Below the pieces are notes generated by a model, which saw only the letters and a program-made list of their open reading frames with translations, ran no database searches and was not told where the DNA came from. A stretch of 64,000 bases of DNA from Octopus bimaculoides (lineage: Eukaryota), in the NCBI RefSeq assembly GCF_001194135.2, contig NC_068994.1:23102296-23166295 (forward strand), read 5' to 3'. A program made the position numbers and the translations under genes. Below, in pieces: positions 1 through 12,735 of the stretch; within the stretch, counting starts at the first letter, position 1; each line of letters opens with the position of its first letter.

Positions 1-66
<66 letters not shown>

Positions 67-72
67 ATACAC
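1..72. repeat. (AT)n/(AC)n microsatellite, one of dozens of simple repeats (e.g. 4320-4455, 7265-7392, 29000-29085, 39975-40035, 41166-41228, 47541-47636, 50420-50477, 59880-59952, 62455-62625)
   Basis: Direct reading. Confidence 0.97.
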
Positions 73-747
73 ATGTATATATATTATTTATTATTATTTT
101 ATTGAACGCCACACATCCATTTCCAAGTAAGTTTATCTTCACTTTTTTGATGCGATTCTACTCTATACTGTTTTCTTCCTCCATCCTTCTATAATTCTTT
201 TTTTGTCCCCTCTCTCTTTCACCATTTTCTATCTGTCTCTCTCACCCTCTTCCTTTATTTTCTCTCTCTCGTTGCTCCCATGTAACCATCTTCCATCTTT
301 CCTTTCCTCAAATAACCATCTTTCTTTCCCTGCAAGGATGTTCAAAGGACTAGACGTTTTTTTTTCCTCTGTCTTCTATCTTTTCTCTTTTCAAAGAAAA
401 TATTTCTCCAGGATTCGCTATTTTCCTCTCATTTTGGTTTAACAACCCTACATGTTTGTTTTCATTCAATTTCCTGGTTTGTCTCCACTGTCCAGTTTTT
501 GTTCTCAACTTTACCCTCCACAAATCCTAAATTTTATTTTGGAATTAATGGGAGCAACTGTCTTTGAAGAATCATATTGTCATTGAATGCTTACAATGAG
601 GAGTAGATAGACAGCCGACAACTGATGAAGGGTCGTTTCTCTGTGTTTACTTTTCCTGTTTTCCATTTTTTCTCTTGTTTATGTATTTAACTTGTTTGTC
701 TATGTATTTCATGTTGTTTACACAGTTGGTGACATCCTGTACTCATA

Positions 748-1112
748 TTGTTGTTGTTGTTGGCACTCCGTCGCTTACAACGTCGAGGGTTCCAGTTGAT
801 CCAATCAACGGAACAGCCTACTCGTGAAATTAACGTGCAAGTGGCTGAGCACTCCACAGACATGTGTACCCTTAACGTAGTTCTCGGGGATATTCAGCGT
901 GACACTGTGTGACAAGGCTGACCCTTTGAATTACAGGTACAACAGAAACAGGAAGTAAGAGTGAGAGAAAGTTGTGGTGGAATAGTACAACAGGGTTTGC
1001 CGCTATCCCCTGCCAGAGCCTCGTGGAGCTTTAGGTGTTTTCGCTCAATAAACACTCACAACGCCCAGTCTGGGAATCGAAACCATGATCCTCCGACCAC
1101 GAGTCCGCTGCC
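748..1112 (-). mobile_element. tRNA-derived SINE, relatively young (CpGs retained), 5' end lost in N-gap
   Basis: Minus strand reads ggcagcggactcgtggtcggaggatcatggtttcgattcccagactggg (tRNA-like head with B box), then the body, ending in a (CAA)n tail. Confidence 0.75.
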
Positions 1113-2296
1113 NNNNNNNNNNNNNNNNNNNNNNNNNNNNNNNNNNNNNNNNNNNNNNNNNNNNNNNNNNNNNNNNNNNNNNNNNNNNNNNNNNNNNNNN
1201 NNNNNNNNNNNNNNNNNNNNNNNNNNNNNNNNNNNNNNNNNNNNNNNNNNNNNNNNNNNNNNNNNNNNNNNNNNNNNNNNNNNNNNNNNNNNNNNNNNNN
1301 NNNNNNNNNNNNNNNNNNNNNNNNNNNNNNNNNNNNNNNNNNNNNNNNNNNNNNNNNNNNNNNNNNNNNNNNNNNNNNNNNNNNNNNNNNNNNNNNNNNN
1401 NNNNNNNNNNNNNNNNNNNNNNNNNNNNNNNNNNNNNNNNNNNNNNNNNNNNNNNNNNNNNNNNNNNNNNNNNNNNNNNNNNNNNNNNNNNNNNNNNNNN
1501 NNNNNNNNNNNNNNNNNNNNNNNNNNNNNNNNNNNNNNNNNNNNNNNNNNNNNNNNNNNNNNNNNNNNNNNNNNNNNNNNNNNNNNNNNNNNNNNNNNNN
1601 ATATATATGTACATATGCACACATACTTGAACAGTATATTAAACAAGGCACTTTATTTCACACAGCTCCAAGACACATCAAGTGAAAATAAATAGCACTT
1701 CATTATTGATGAAATCCTCTCTCCCACCAGTTGTGAAATCCTTGATTTTTGGCTAGGCCAAAAATGAGAGTGCTGGGAGGGTATCTGTGTCTACTCATGA
1801 CTACATAAGTACTCAAAGCTATCAGCAAAACATGAAACATGGTGCACACAATCAAGTAGTACTTGCTTGCAAGTGATGGCTAAGAGTATTTTTATAGCAC
1901 TTGAAAAGAAGACACCATGGTATTGTTTGACGTAATAGAAGGCAATGGTTTCTAGATGTGAAACAAAGGTATTAGGTTGTACACTGATGAGAGAAGACAT
2001 TTGAAGAGAAATATATCAGTATATTAAAACATGTTAAATAAAGTTGACAGAGTGGATATCAGTAGAGCAAAATGCACAAAAACATCATTAATGAGAAAAA
2101 ATTAGTAATAGGTATTAATATTTTTTTGTGTAATAGAACAAATCTTAAATTGTAATGTACTCTTTAATAGGTAAAAATTCATCTTTCTTCAAGATTTCCA
2201 GAAAAATTCATTTATGTTTGAACTTAAATTTTTTTCAAATTCAAAAGAAAAACTAATTATTAATCAACCAATAAGTATATACTCCAACATGAAGCA

Positions 2297-2948
2297 CTTG
2301 AAGCTCCAATATGAACATGTACCAATATGAACATGTACCGAGAGTGATAAAAATCAAACATCCAGTCAACATCATAGTGTTTGGAGTGATCGCTAGTGAT
2401 GGTGACGTTATGACTTCATTCATCTTCCCACACGGCCTCAGACTCAACATGGAAGCTACATAAAGTGCCTGGAGGAGGTAGTGCTGCCCTGGATCAAGAG
2501 GGTAGCTGCTGGAAGACCTATGTCTGGCAACAAAACGCTGCACCATGCCACACAAGCAAGCGAACTCAGTCATGGCTGTCAGACAATTTCTGCGACTACA
2601 TCACCCCTAACATCTGGCCACCTAACTCTCCAGACTGCAACCCCCTTGATTATTATGTGTGGGGTGCAGTTGAGCAAGAGGCCAACAAAACTCCTTGTAA
2701 CTCCAAAAATTAACTGAAGGCAAGGATTATGGCAGCATTCACCAACTTTAACAAGGAGGCCATCCAGAAGAGTTGCAGAAGATTCTGAAGTCATCTGAAG
2801 GCTGTGGTTGAAACCAATTGCGATTTTAATGAATAAATTTACTCATTAGCATTTCAAGATGTTTTTATGTAATTTTAGTAAAAATATCTGTTGAAATGGG
2901 ATGTCAGTGTAATTTTCATTTCTGCGTTATTTAGATGACCGCACCCTG
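2297..2948 (+). mobile_element. maT-family (DD37D) Tc1/mariner transposon, internally deleted remnant
   Basis: Across frameshifts reads RVIKIKHPVNIIVFGVIASDGDVM..CLEEVVLPWIKRVAAGRP..VWQQNAAPCHTSKRTQSWLSDNFCDYITPNIWPPNSPDCNPLDYYVW. There are 37 residues between the second acid position (mutated to N) and the third D. Ends gcaccctg|TA. Confidence 0.88.
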
Positions 2949-3408
2949 TACATCAAGCTTGCAGGTTTTGATGTGAGTGTCTCAGAATGTGTTACTGCTA
3001 TTTGGGATGTAGTTTATTTTTCTGTAATGAATGTAGGAAATTCACCAGGTAGAGCCCATCACACTTTCTACATAACACTGATGGAAATATGTGAATTTAC
3101 CTTTGTTAAGTTCATGAAATATGCATCAAATATATAATGTTTCTCTTATTGCAGTGTTTTGGGTATAATCTATCAACCTTTTCTTTGATATTTATATCAA
3201 CATATTCTAGTTGTGGTTCCTAAGAGATCCTATCCATTGACAGTGGCTGGTAATGTTATTTTTCTTATCTACCTTCTAGATGTGGGTTTTTTAAAACTGA
3301 AATAGTAAAAACAAATCAAAAACTAAAAAAATGATGCTTGAACATATGGTAAATTTTGTTTATTTTGCCAAAGGAAACAATGAAAAGTATAAAAATAAAA
3401 TTACTTAC

Positions 3409-3557
3409 TCAGCTTTTGTAATGTTGCTTTTAACATCATTTAAGAAGACTGAAAGGTGGCTTAGGTAATCAGGATATAAAATGGCCACCCGGTCAGAATT
3501 TTGTATCTTGATATTACGAATTGTTGCAAGACTTTGGAAATATTTAATCCAGTTTAT
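3409..3557 (-). CDS. M13 peptidase exon E (149 nt, phase 0 to 2)
   Basis: Acceptor cttttctttctag|, donor GA|gtaagt. Reads INWIKYFQSLATIRNIKIQNSDRVAILYPDYLSHLSVFLNDVKSNITKA, like M13 'INWxxYF...VVVxxPxYLxxL'. Confidence 0.92.
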
Positions 3558-4317
3558 CTAGAAAGAAAAGTGAATATTTTAAATAAAATATAAGTTAAAG
3601 CAAAGTTTTAGTTCTGAGGAATATTTGTTCATAAAACAAAAGAATATGTAAGTCAAGGCTTCCATCGTTATTTTAAACTTATCAAACAATAACAACATTC
3701 TTTTAATGGTATGAAGGTCTCCGTATTGAGATCACTGGTGTAGAAAATTATACATGCTGACCAGAAGAGATGTAAATGCTTGATAACATATAGCAATGAT
3801 TTTATTTAATCCGAGTTGGTTGATACAGCAAGATAGCAGTGTCAAGCTATACTAGCTATGATAAATTGTACATATAATATGAGCCTTTGATTTTGATATC
3901 AAGATAATATGATATATGAGATATAACATGCAGAACAGAAAAATGTTGCAAATAATCTCAGAAGAGTGAATGTAATTGAAATGAACTTGACATTCTACAA
4001 GTTTGTCTATGTTTATATATGTTCATATGAGAGAACATATGTATATATTTTGATGAACCATGAGTGATGACAAAAGAGGTAGGCCTCGATTTCACTGCAA
4101 ATTCCAGACTATATTTATTTATTAATACAGATATGGAGACTTACATACAGGTCTTTAAGTTTCTGCATCAACAATTCAATGATCGTTGCATATTTTCATT
4201 TTTGTAATTGATGGTGTCATGTGCACTGGACTTGTACAGCTGGAGATTTGAATATAATCATTGAGTAGTTGACAGAAATTTAGTCTTGTATGTAAGCCTC
4301 CATATCTGTATCAGTCA

Positions 4318-4350
<33 letters not shown>

Positions 4351-4472
4351 TGTATGTATGTATGTATGTATGTATGTATGTATGTATGTGTGTGTGTGTA
4401 TGTATATGTGTGTGTATGTATGTATGCATGTGTGTATATGTGTATGTATGTATACTATTACTATTATTAGTG

Positions 4473-4668
4473 AGACAGCAAGCTGGCACTGGACAAAACA
4501 CTGAGTGGTATTTCACCTGTCATTACATTCTGACTTCAAATTCTGCTGAGATTGACTTTGCCTTTCATCCTTTTGGGATCAATAAATTAAGTACCAGTGA
4601 AACACAGGGATCAATGTAATTGACTAATCCCCTCCCTGCAAATTTTAGGCCTTGTACCTTTAGTAGAA
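4473..4668 (+). mobile_element. tRNA-derived SINE, type with core gactttgcctttcatcctttyggg..taagtaccagt (Meta/MESC-like domain, tentative)
   Basis: B-box-like gacttcaaattc plus a core shared with many copies in this window. Confidence 0.75.
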
Positions 4669-5479
4669 GGGATTATCATTATTATTATTACTTATTATTA
4701 TTATTGGTCTCTCTTGTTGCTGCAGCAAATGAGAGTTCAGCAGAACACAACTGTACAGTGTCCTCAGTTGAGTGGTATTTTTGTGTCATTTCATGTCAAA
4801 ATTCAGGACTATCTGGGATTTGTAGATCTAGCTGTAGATATTGAAGTAAAGGTTTCTGTTACTTAGGGGCAGACTGGACTGGGAACTATGCTGTATGTGT
4901 GTGTTTGTTTGTGTGTGTTGTGCATGTGTGTGTGTGTGCATATGTGTGTATGTAAGTGTATTGATATTTACATGTATATACATATATATGCAAAGACATT
5001 GATGCAAATAAACATGCTTAGGTTCAATATATAAAACATACATACATTCATACACACATGTGAATATATAAAGGAATATATATATATATATATATGTATG
5101 TAGAGAGAGAGGGGGGGGGCAAAGACTGAAAATATTCAGAAGATGAACACTCATGTATAAGTACATAGATGTTTATATATTTACAGAACAAATTTACATG
5201 GAGTGCAAAATATACAGAAAACTAAGGAGAGAGGGCATGGTATTTTAAGCCCGACAGCTCTTTTTGGGGTTCAGAATTACATAATAGATTAAATGTTGGC
5301 AGATGGAGTGTGCAAAAAGTCAAGGATATGCAACCAGTGGTGATGCATATAATCATTACTGTAAAGCCTTCCTCCGTCTTTAAGGTGGAAAGATTGGCAA
5401 CTAACAGTTCAGATCATAGTTCAAGAGAATTTAAGGATAGAATGGGTGTATGAACATATACATATGTACACACATAAAT

Positions 5480-5538
<59 letters not shown>

Positions 5539-6329
5539 CACACATACACACACACACACACACATACATATACTGAACAAATAGCAAGGGATTGTCAATC
5601 CCAGCAAAATACTTCATAAGCTCTCTGTTAGCACACCAGGCTAATTGGCAGGGGTCCAAGTTATGGTTCATCACAATTCTATATTGTAAATCCGTGGATG
5701 GTCTCCATATAAACTGGTGTTTACAGAGTGATATATAAGAAACAAGTTAAGAATAATACATTATTTTTAACTTGTTTCTTATACATATACATATAAGTAT
5801 ACATATATATATATGTATATAGATATATATATATACATACATACTTACATATATTGATATATATATGTATATACATACATACTTACATACACACAGATAC
5901 ATACATACAAGTACATTTATTTAACTTGACCTTCTTGTTTTCAGTCTTATGACCCAAACTTGTTTTCTTTAAAGACCAGAATGATTAGAACATGGCAAAG
6001 TTACTGTCAAAATAAGTGTGTGGTTATTGGCAAAATAGGTATATGAGCTGACAGGTTTTAAAGATATGGATATAGGTATGTCTAAGACATGGTATGATTG
6101 TTGACCAAATAGGTGTATTAGCTGATGATCCAATAATCAATAATGTTGGTAATGCTGCTATTATGTCACCAGTTTAGGAAATCATAGAATTGTTGAAAAA
6201 TTGCCAGTTTCACTATATGCTGCCTGATGTTGAACAATATTTTTGTTGAAGACCTATCTTTTGGTTTGAACAACATTATGTCATTGTTACTGCTGCTGCT
6301 GTTGTTGGTCACTTTCTCCTTCACGTATA

Positions 6330-6701
6330 AAGTGCATTCACACATTATCTGACTTTTGGCCATGTTTAAAGTGGTTTTATCACTCCTTGATCTGAGCTTT
6401 GTCCATGGCATCATCACCAAAGGCCTGCTGAATCTTCTGGATAGTTTGAACTTGAATATCACCAAGCTTTTGGCAAAACTTAATACAATATCTCTGTTCA
6501 ATGTGTTCAGTCATCTTGCATGAAAACGAAAATCTGACAAGTGTACACAACACATCTGTAACCAGGAACTGATGTGGCTTACTGGCATGAAAGTTTTCAT
6601 GCATTCACAGGAGGGATGGCACCTCCCATCCAAAAGATTTTGCTTACATGACATAAGTTTTAGCAGGAAAAAATAGTCGAAAACTTATAGAATGCACCTC
6701 A
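6330..6701 (-). mobile_element. mariner 5' fragment (same family as 9282-10639)
   Basis: TA|tgaggtgcattctataagt terminus. Reads MTEHIEQRYCIKFCQKLGDIQVQTIQKIQQAFGDDAMDKAQIKE. Confidence 0.85.
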
Positions 6702-7080
6702 TATGTGACATTCCCCATTTTCATATCATGTCATGGTGACGATGATGATGATGGTTGTTGTCAATATCAAGTGATACACTAGTTTAATGCTTATTTGTCT
6801 TAATTAATATGAGCATTGCTAGATTATTACTTAGCCCATCTGTTTTTCGATGCTAGTATGGGTTGGATGAATTCTTATCATTGTTGTACTGTATTACAGC
6901 TCACTGCTCTTCCTGCTAAAGCCTTACCTATTTTTCAAGTTATGAATTTTTTCATTTGACTTGTAAAAGCACAGTGATATATTTTTTGCTCAAAAAATTT
7001 CATGCAAAGGCATAGATAGCAAATATTCATGTAGCATCAACACACACATACAGGCACACACATGCATTGCATGCACATGC

Positions 7081-7117
<37 letters not shown>

Positions 7118-7363
7118 CATACATACATGATGGCTGCAAACTTGTGTTCGAGTATTGCCATTGCCTGATCAAAAGTCCCACATATGCAAAGGAGGCTGCA
7201 ACCAGCCATTTTTGTCATAGGTCTTACACTTCTTTTTCAAGCAATGCCTGTGCATGATAATTTTTTACATACATACACACATACATACATGCATACATAC
7301 ACACACACACACATACACACACACATACATACATACATGCATACATATACACACATACATACA

Positions 7364-7394
<31 letters not shown>

Positions 7395-8029
7395 TAATAA
7401 AACTGTTTTGCAAGATTTTCTTTTTCCGCACAATTACACATTGTTCTAATAAGGAAACTATATGAAAACTAAAATATAGTTAATCTGATATTTTAAAGTA
7501 ATATTCAGTTCCTTTCATTTTCCATGGGAAAGCTTGTCAAGTAATATCATTCTTTTATATATTTCAGCCCAAAGGCTGTGGCCAAGCTGGAGCACTGCCA
7601 ATTAGTGATAAATGTGTTTTACTATTTAATCTTTTACTTGTTTTTGTTAGACTGAGGATATACTTGGGAACTGCCTTGAAGGGCTTAGTCAAACAAATCA
7701 ACCTTAGTACTTAATTTAACTCTGGTTAACTCTTTTTTGATGCTGCTAAGTAAACTAACATTGGTTGTCAAGTGATGAGAGACACAAAGACCACATGCAC
7801 ATGTATATATATATATATATATTCATATGCATATATACACATATATACACAAACATGAATATTTATCTATACACATATATATGCAGTTTACATCAACCAA
7901 ATTAACTCACAAAACATTGCTCAACCTGGGGCTATAGTTGTTGATTAAAGAGCTATTCAAAGGGACTTAGGCTGAAAGTGAACTTAACCACACTGCCATA
8001 TCTGTACTAATAGCTGTTTCAATTGTTGA

Positions 8030-8215
8030 ATTCTTACAGTCTGTGGTGTTTGAGACATTTGGAGGGGCTGGGCTACTAACAGTGATGTTCTTGTCATCGT
8101 TGGTGGCTCACCTTACTGAAGCGTCAGGTGATGCCTGTGAGGGTACTTGGCTGTTCCAACACCTTTGCCTCACCCATTGCATGCTGTAATGCCATGAGCA
8201 TGTTGGCTTACTTCA
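8030..8215 (+). mobile_element. CRE-like non-LTR retrotransposon, C-terminal RLE region remnant
   Basis: Reads VVFETFGGAGLLTVMFLSSLVAHLTEASGDACEGTWLFQHLCL(fs)IACCNAMSML, resembling the CRE-clade terminus PxAxETxGxWG..L...TGDxRExxxLxQRLSxAxQRGNAxSxL. Confidence 0.65.
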
Positions 8216-8883
8216 GTAGGTTCTGTTGAGGCATTTGATGTTGAATTGATGTTTTTTTTCTTTCTTTCTTCCTCCTTTTTCTTTTTTTCTTTCTTCTTTC
8301 ATGTTTGTGTTTCCTTTGGTTCTGGATTTGTATTTTAATATGGTTTTGTATTATATATGTATCCTATACATACATGTTATATATATATGTAAATAAATAA
8401 TTTCAAGCCGAATCCTTATTTTGTGACGTATCATATAAAATATATGGACATACACTTAGTAGAAGGCTGACTTCATTTAAGGATTTCCCTTTATTAAATA
8501 TATTAAACACCAAGCTAACAAAGGAGCCTATACATAGTTGTAGGATATGCTAAAAATAACAATCTTCTTAACTATGTCCTTCACTCTTAAGAAAAGCCAC
8601 ATTTAGTAATCTATTCTGGGATACACTATAACTGAAAAAAATATGGAGATGGCTTGAATCATTGGCCTATTCTGGCAAGGCTGACATGGGCTAAACAACA
8701 GCAACATTAGTGTTGTTGCATTAGTTGTCATTACCACTGCTGTCACCACCATTGCTGATACCCTCCTTGTCATCATCATCATCATCATCATCAGCAGCAG
8801 CAGTAGCAGAGCAACCATAACAACAACCATAACAAACCCCACAATATCTCAATAATGTCAAAACTGGTTACGATCAAACTTAC

Positions 8884-8955
8884 CGCTGGATACCGTATAA
8901 GCAGATCATGGATAGTTGACACATTGTAACTTTCTGTTGCTGTTAGAGATTTCAT
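8884..8955 (-). CDS. M13 peptidase exon D (72 nt, phase 0-0)
   Basis: Acceptor cttctttttcag|, donor GCG|gtaagt. Reads MKSLTATESYNVSTIHDLLIRYPA, like M13 'YNKMTIxELxxxxP'. Confidence 0.87.
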
Positions 8956-9281
8956 CTGAAAAAGAAGTCGGAAAAATATATGTAAAATATTCCATAAAGA
9001 AATCAAAGAAGAATATTATTGACATGAATATTGCAACATCAAATTGTTTGATGGATTCCATAATAGACTAGGATCCTTGCTCATGGAAAGCATCATTCAG
9101 GCGAATAGATGAAGTTTGTGAGAACAATACCCCTAAGAGTGAACAGTGTTAAATATAATTAATGCATGGAACATCAAAAAGTTAATGAGAAATAATTATG
9201 TGGTGAGAAAAATACAATATTAGACATAACTAATATCATTTTAATTATTTTGTATGTACAACTTCAGAGATGTGTGATGTA

Positions 9282-10009
9282 TGAAGTATGCTCAAAAAGC
9301 ATCCAACCTTTTTTTTCCCTGCCAAAACTAATATGCATAAGCAAAATCCTTTTGGGCAGGAGGTGACACCATCCTTCCTGTGCATGCGTAAAAATTTTCA
9401 CACCAGTAGGCTGTGTCAATTCCTAGCTGTTATGCCTAGAGTACAGATGTGTAGTATGCACTCATTAGATTTTTGTTTCCACTGAATACATCAAGCAGAG
9501 ATATTGCATCAAGTTTTGCCAAAAGTTTGGTGATACCCAAGCTCAAGCCATCCAGAAGATTCAGCAGGCCTTTTGCAATGATGCCATGGGCAAAACTTAG
9601 ATCAAGGAGTGGTACAGCTGCTTCAAACATGGCCACACCTCAGTGGAGAGTGAGGCATGCTCAGGCAGGCCATCCACAAGCTGAAATGAGGAGCCAATTG
9701 AGAAAGTTCAGCCAATAGTCATGAAAAGCTGTCATGTAACAATCCAGGAAATTGATCACAAAGTGGGAATAAACTCAAAATCAGTGTATTCCATTTTAAC
9801 AGAAAACTTATGGATGCAGAGAGTGTCAGTGAATTTGTCCCCAAGGTGCTGGTGGAGAAGCAGAAGCCACTCTGCAAGAAAATCACTCAAGACATGCTGG
9901 TCTATGAAACCACAACCTAGACTTCATGAAGACCATCATCACTGGTGATGAGACATGGGTAAAGGGTTATGATCAGGAAACCAAGTTCCAGTCCTCCCAA
10001 TGGAAGCAT

Positions 10010-10054
<45 letters not shown>

Positions 10055-10639
10055 CACCAAGGCCCAAAGAAGCACAATAGGCTTTCAGCAATGAGAAGGT
10101 AATGCTGACCTGTTTCTTTGATTCCATGATATTGTGCATCATTAATATGCACCACAAGACCAAAAAATCAATAAGGAATACTACCTGGAGGTTATACATC
10201 ACCTTTGTGATGCTGTTCATTGAAAGTGACCTGATGTGAGTGGTAAAGAATTGGCAACTTCATCACGACAGTGTGCCTGCTCATTCTGCCCATATAATCC
10301 AAGCCTTCCTGGTGAAGAACAACACACTACTTGTTTGATAGGCTCCCTACTACCCTGACTTAGCACTGTGTGACTTTTGGCTCTTCTCTAAACTGAAAAT
10401 AATGCTGAAAGGGAAGTGATTTGAGTTGCGAGAGAAAATTATGAGAAAGGTGTCAGTGAAGCTCCATAGCAATCTAGAGAAGGCTTCCCAGAAGTGTTAC
10501 CAGCAGTGGCAGAACCACTGGAAGAAGTGTGTGTATTCCAAAGAGGAGTATTTTGAAGGTGATTAAATAAAATTTGTGAAATACACAATGTTGTTTTTTA
10601 TTTATGCCTAAAGGTTGAATACTTTTTGAACTCACTTTG
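9282..10639 (+). mobile_element. Full-length degraded mariner (DD34D), irritans/mellifera-like
   Basis: TA-flanked imperfect TIRs (tgaagtatgctcaaaaagcatccaacc / ggttgaatactttttgaactcactttg). Motifs IKFCQK, ITGDETW, HHDSVPAH and PYYPDLALCDFWLF, with 34 residues between D2 and D3. Multiple stops and frameshifts. Confidence 0.93.
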
Positions 10640-11341
10640 TATATACTTAACAATGCTTGCAAAATTAGTGACTGGAGAATCATTAGGCAGTTATAAGAGA
10701 ATGTATATGGTTGACATAGAAAACTACAAGTGTTTATAGAATAAATTATACAGAGATACCACCTGTGTAAAAGAACAATTGTTAAGCTATTGCTAACGTA
10801 TTAAATGTAAGCATAATTTAGTGCTGCTGCGAAACATCAGGCAATTGAGAAGAATCTTTGTGTCAAGAGCTTAATGAATAATTTTAGTCAAAAGATGCTT
10901 GATATATTCTAACTTAATAACATTATAGCTTGAAATTAATTCCAGAGAACACAATGTGATTCATAGCACATTTAAAGTAAATTAAGAAAACATTGTGAGG
11001 TTTGTGTTAACATATTTAATGTGCTGAGCAAGATAACTTTAATTAATCAAGACTACACCTGTATCAAGGAGAGTAAACATTGTTGAACAAACAAGCAAAG
11101 GAAATTAAATAAAAAAAAGGGAACAAAAATTATTTTGAAATGAGTTGATGTCCAGCATTCCAGTTAATTAAAATTGGAAATAGGTAATGTGATGAAGGAA
11201 TGGGTGAGTTGACAGGGCAACCAGCATTCTATTAGTTGGAATTACAATGGCTGTCGTCCAAACACTTAACTCTCAGTCCACTTAGCTGTAAATATTATTC
11301 AGCAGATACATCTGTGCAGTAGATACATCTTGTAACTTTAA

Positions 11342-11498
11342 CCCTTCACCTTATATCATAACTTTTAGATTTCAAAGACATGACTGTTTATTTTTAGAAT
11401 GACATTGTTGGGTAGGTGTCAGAGGCTGGATCTGCCAGTTTGAACATAAAACAAGTAGACTATTTGGGCCAAACATAGGCTGTTTAAATGCTAAAGGG
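11342..11498. mobile_element. piggyBac-type MITE
   Basis: TTAA|CCCTT...AAGGG|TTAA termini. The right end is shared with 18911-19086. Confidence 0.6.
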
Positions 11499-11749
11499 TT
11501 AAATAGCAACACTGTCAGACCATTGGCTTGCAGTTATGAGCTCACTTCCAGAAATGTTATCATAGAATGGTACACAGAGCTACTATAAACTATAGAAGAT
11601 ATGATATAGCCAAGTGCAGGAGTTGGTTTTTGATCTTATTGTTTTTGTAGTATATTTCTAATGTCAGCTCATGGTTTGGTGTGTGAAGCATTTTGTTTTA
11701 CAAGATTTTTGATAAAACGTTTGTCTGTTCTGTACCTGGTTTGCATTAG

Positions 11750-12130
11750 ATTCACTTAGTGTATTTTGTGTATAATATGTGTATTTTTAGTAGTAATATT
11801 GTATAATGCATTGTATTCCTGTCTATATTCATCAGTAGCTTGGTCTACTAGTCTCTTTGAATATTCATTGTTAATTAGTGTTTGTTTTTCTATGGATTTC
11901 TTTATCAATTGTTTCATTTGTGAAAGAGAATCTAAATGCTCCAATAAGTAATGATTTTACCACTGACACTTTGTAGTTATGTGGGTATTTGCTATCTCCA
12001 TGTCAGAACAGGCATTTGTGTGTCTTTTTTGTAAACTAATACAAAATATATATTGTTTGTGATCTGAATGTTTGTGTCTAGAAATGCAGTTGTATTATTA
12101 TTGTTCTCCAGGTCCACCAAGTTATCTTTT
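11750..12130 (-). mobile_element. Penelope-like element RT/thumb remnant
   Basis: Across frameshifts reads AFLDTNIQI..VYKKDT..GDSKYPHNYKVSVVKSLLIGAFRFS..KEIHR(fs)KQTLINNEYSKRLVDQ, matching PLE motifs FLDxxI, VYRKxT, SxxPxxYKxSVI and KQxLxNNGY. Confidence 0.75.
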
Positions 12131-12250
12131 GATGTGTCCATTACACCTAGTATATCATCTTACATATCTAATATATAATATATCAATGTGTATATATTTA
12201 TTATTTAGTATTGTTTAGTTTTCTATTGAGTACATGTGTGTGTGTGTGTA

Positions 12251-12283
<33 letters not shown>

Positions 12284-12309
12284 TTGTGTGTGTGNNNNNN
12301 NNNNGTGTA

Positions 12310-12342
<33 letters not shown>

Positions 12343-12606
12343 TTGTGTGTGTGTGTGTGTGTGTATGTTTATATATGTATATGTATACATATATGACGAT
12401 CTACCAAATTCCATTTACACAATATTAGTCAATCAAAGATATGTCTCCTAGGTGCTGTACAAAGGGATCAAACCTCTGTAACTAAATGGTTATGAAGCAA
12501 ACCTCTTAACTCCAACCATATCAGCACCTATATATATTGCACTAACTTCTACATCTCATTGGGATGGGTAAAAATGATATGTGAGACTGGGTGGCCATAC
12601 AATTAC

Positions 12607-12735
12607 CTGAACAAGAGTCTTTTCCATAAGGCTGACTTCATATGCCATCTTGCTGACATTAACCGACTTCCCGATAAAAAGTTCCATTATTCTAATTGTT
12701 TCCTTTAGATATCGGTCAAAGGATTCTTTTAAATA
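12607..12735 (-). CDS. M13 peptidase exon C (129 nt, phase 0-0)
   Basis: Polypyrimidine acceptor ttttgaatttttcag|, donor CAG|gtaatt. Reads YLKESFDRYLKETIRIMELFIGKSVNVSKMAYEVSLMEKTLVQ, corresponding to the M13 'AYxxYMxxxxxLLG...VxxFExxLA' helix pair. Confidence 0.88.

Noticed and set aside
961-1695. Long ORFs spanning N-gaps or microsatellites (also 29877-30545, 33460-34332, 53663-54344, and the YVCM/HTHT/SIYL-type ORFs)
   Set aside because: Artefacts of N runs and stop-free simple repeats.
11756-11944. 62-aa ORF as an M13 exon
   Set aside because: No good acceptor/donor pair; explained by a frameshifted Penelope-like RT.
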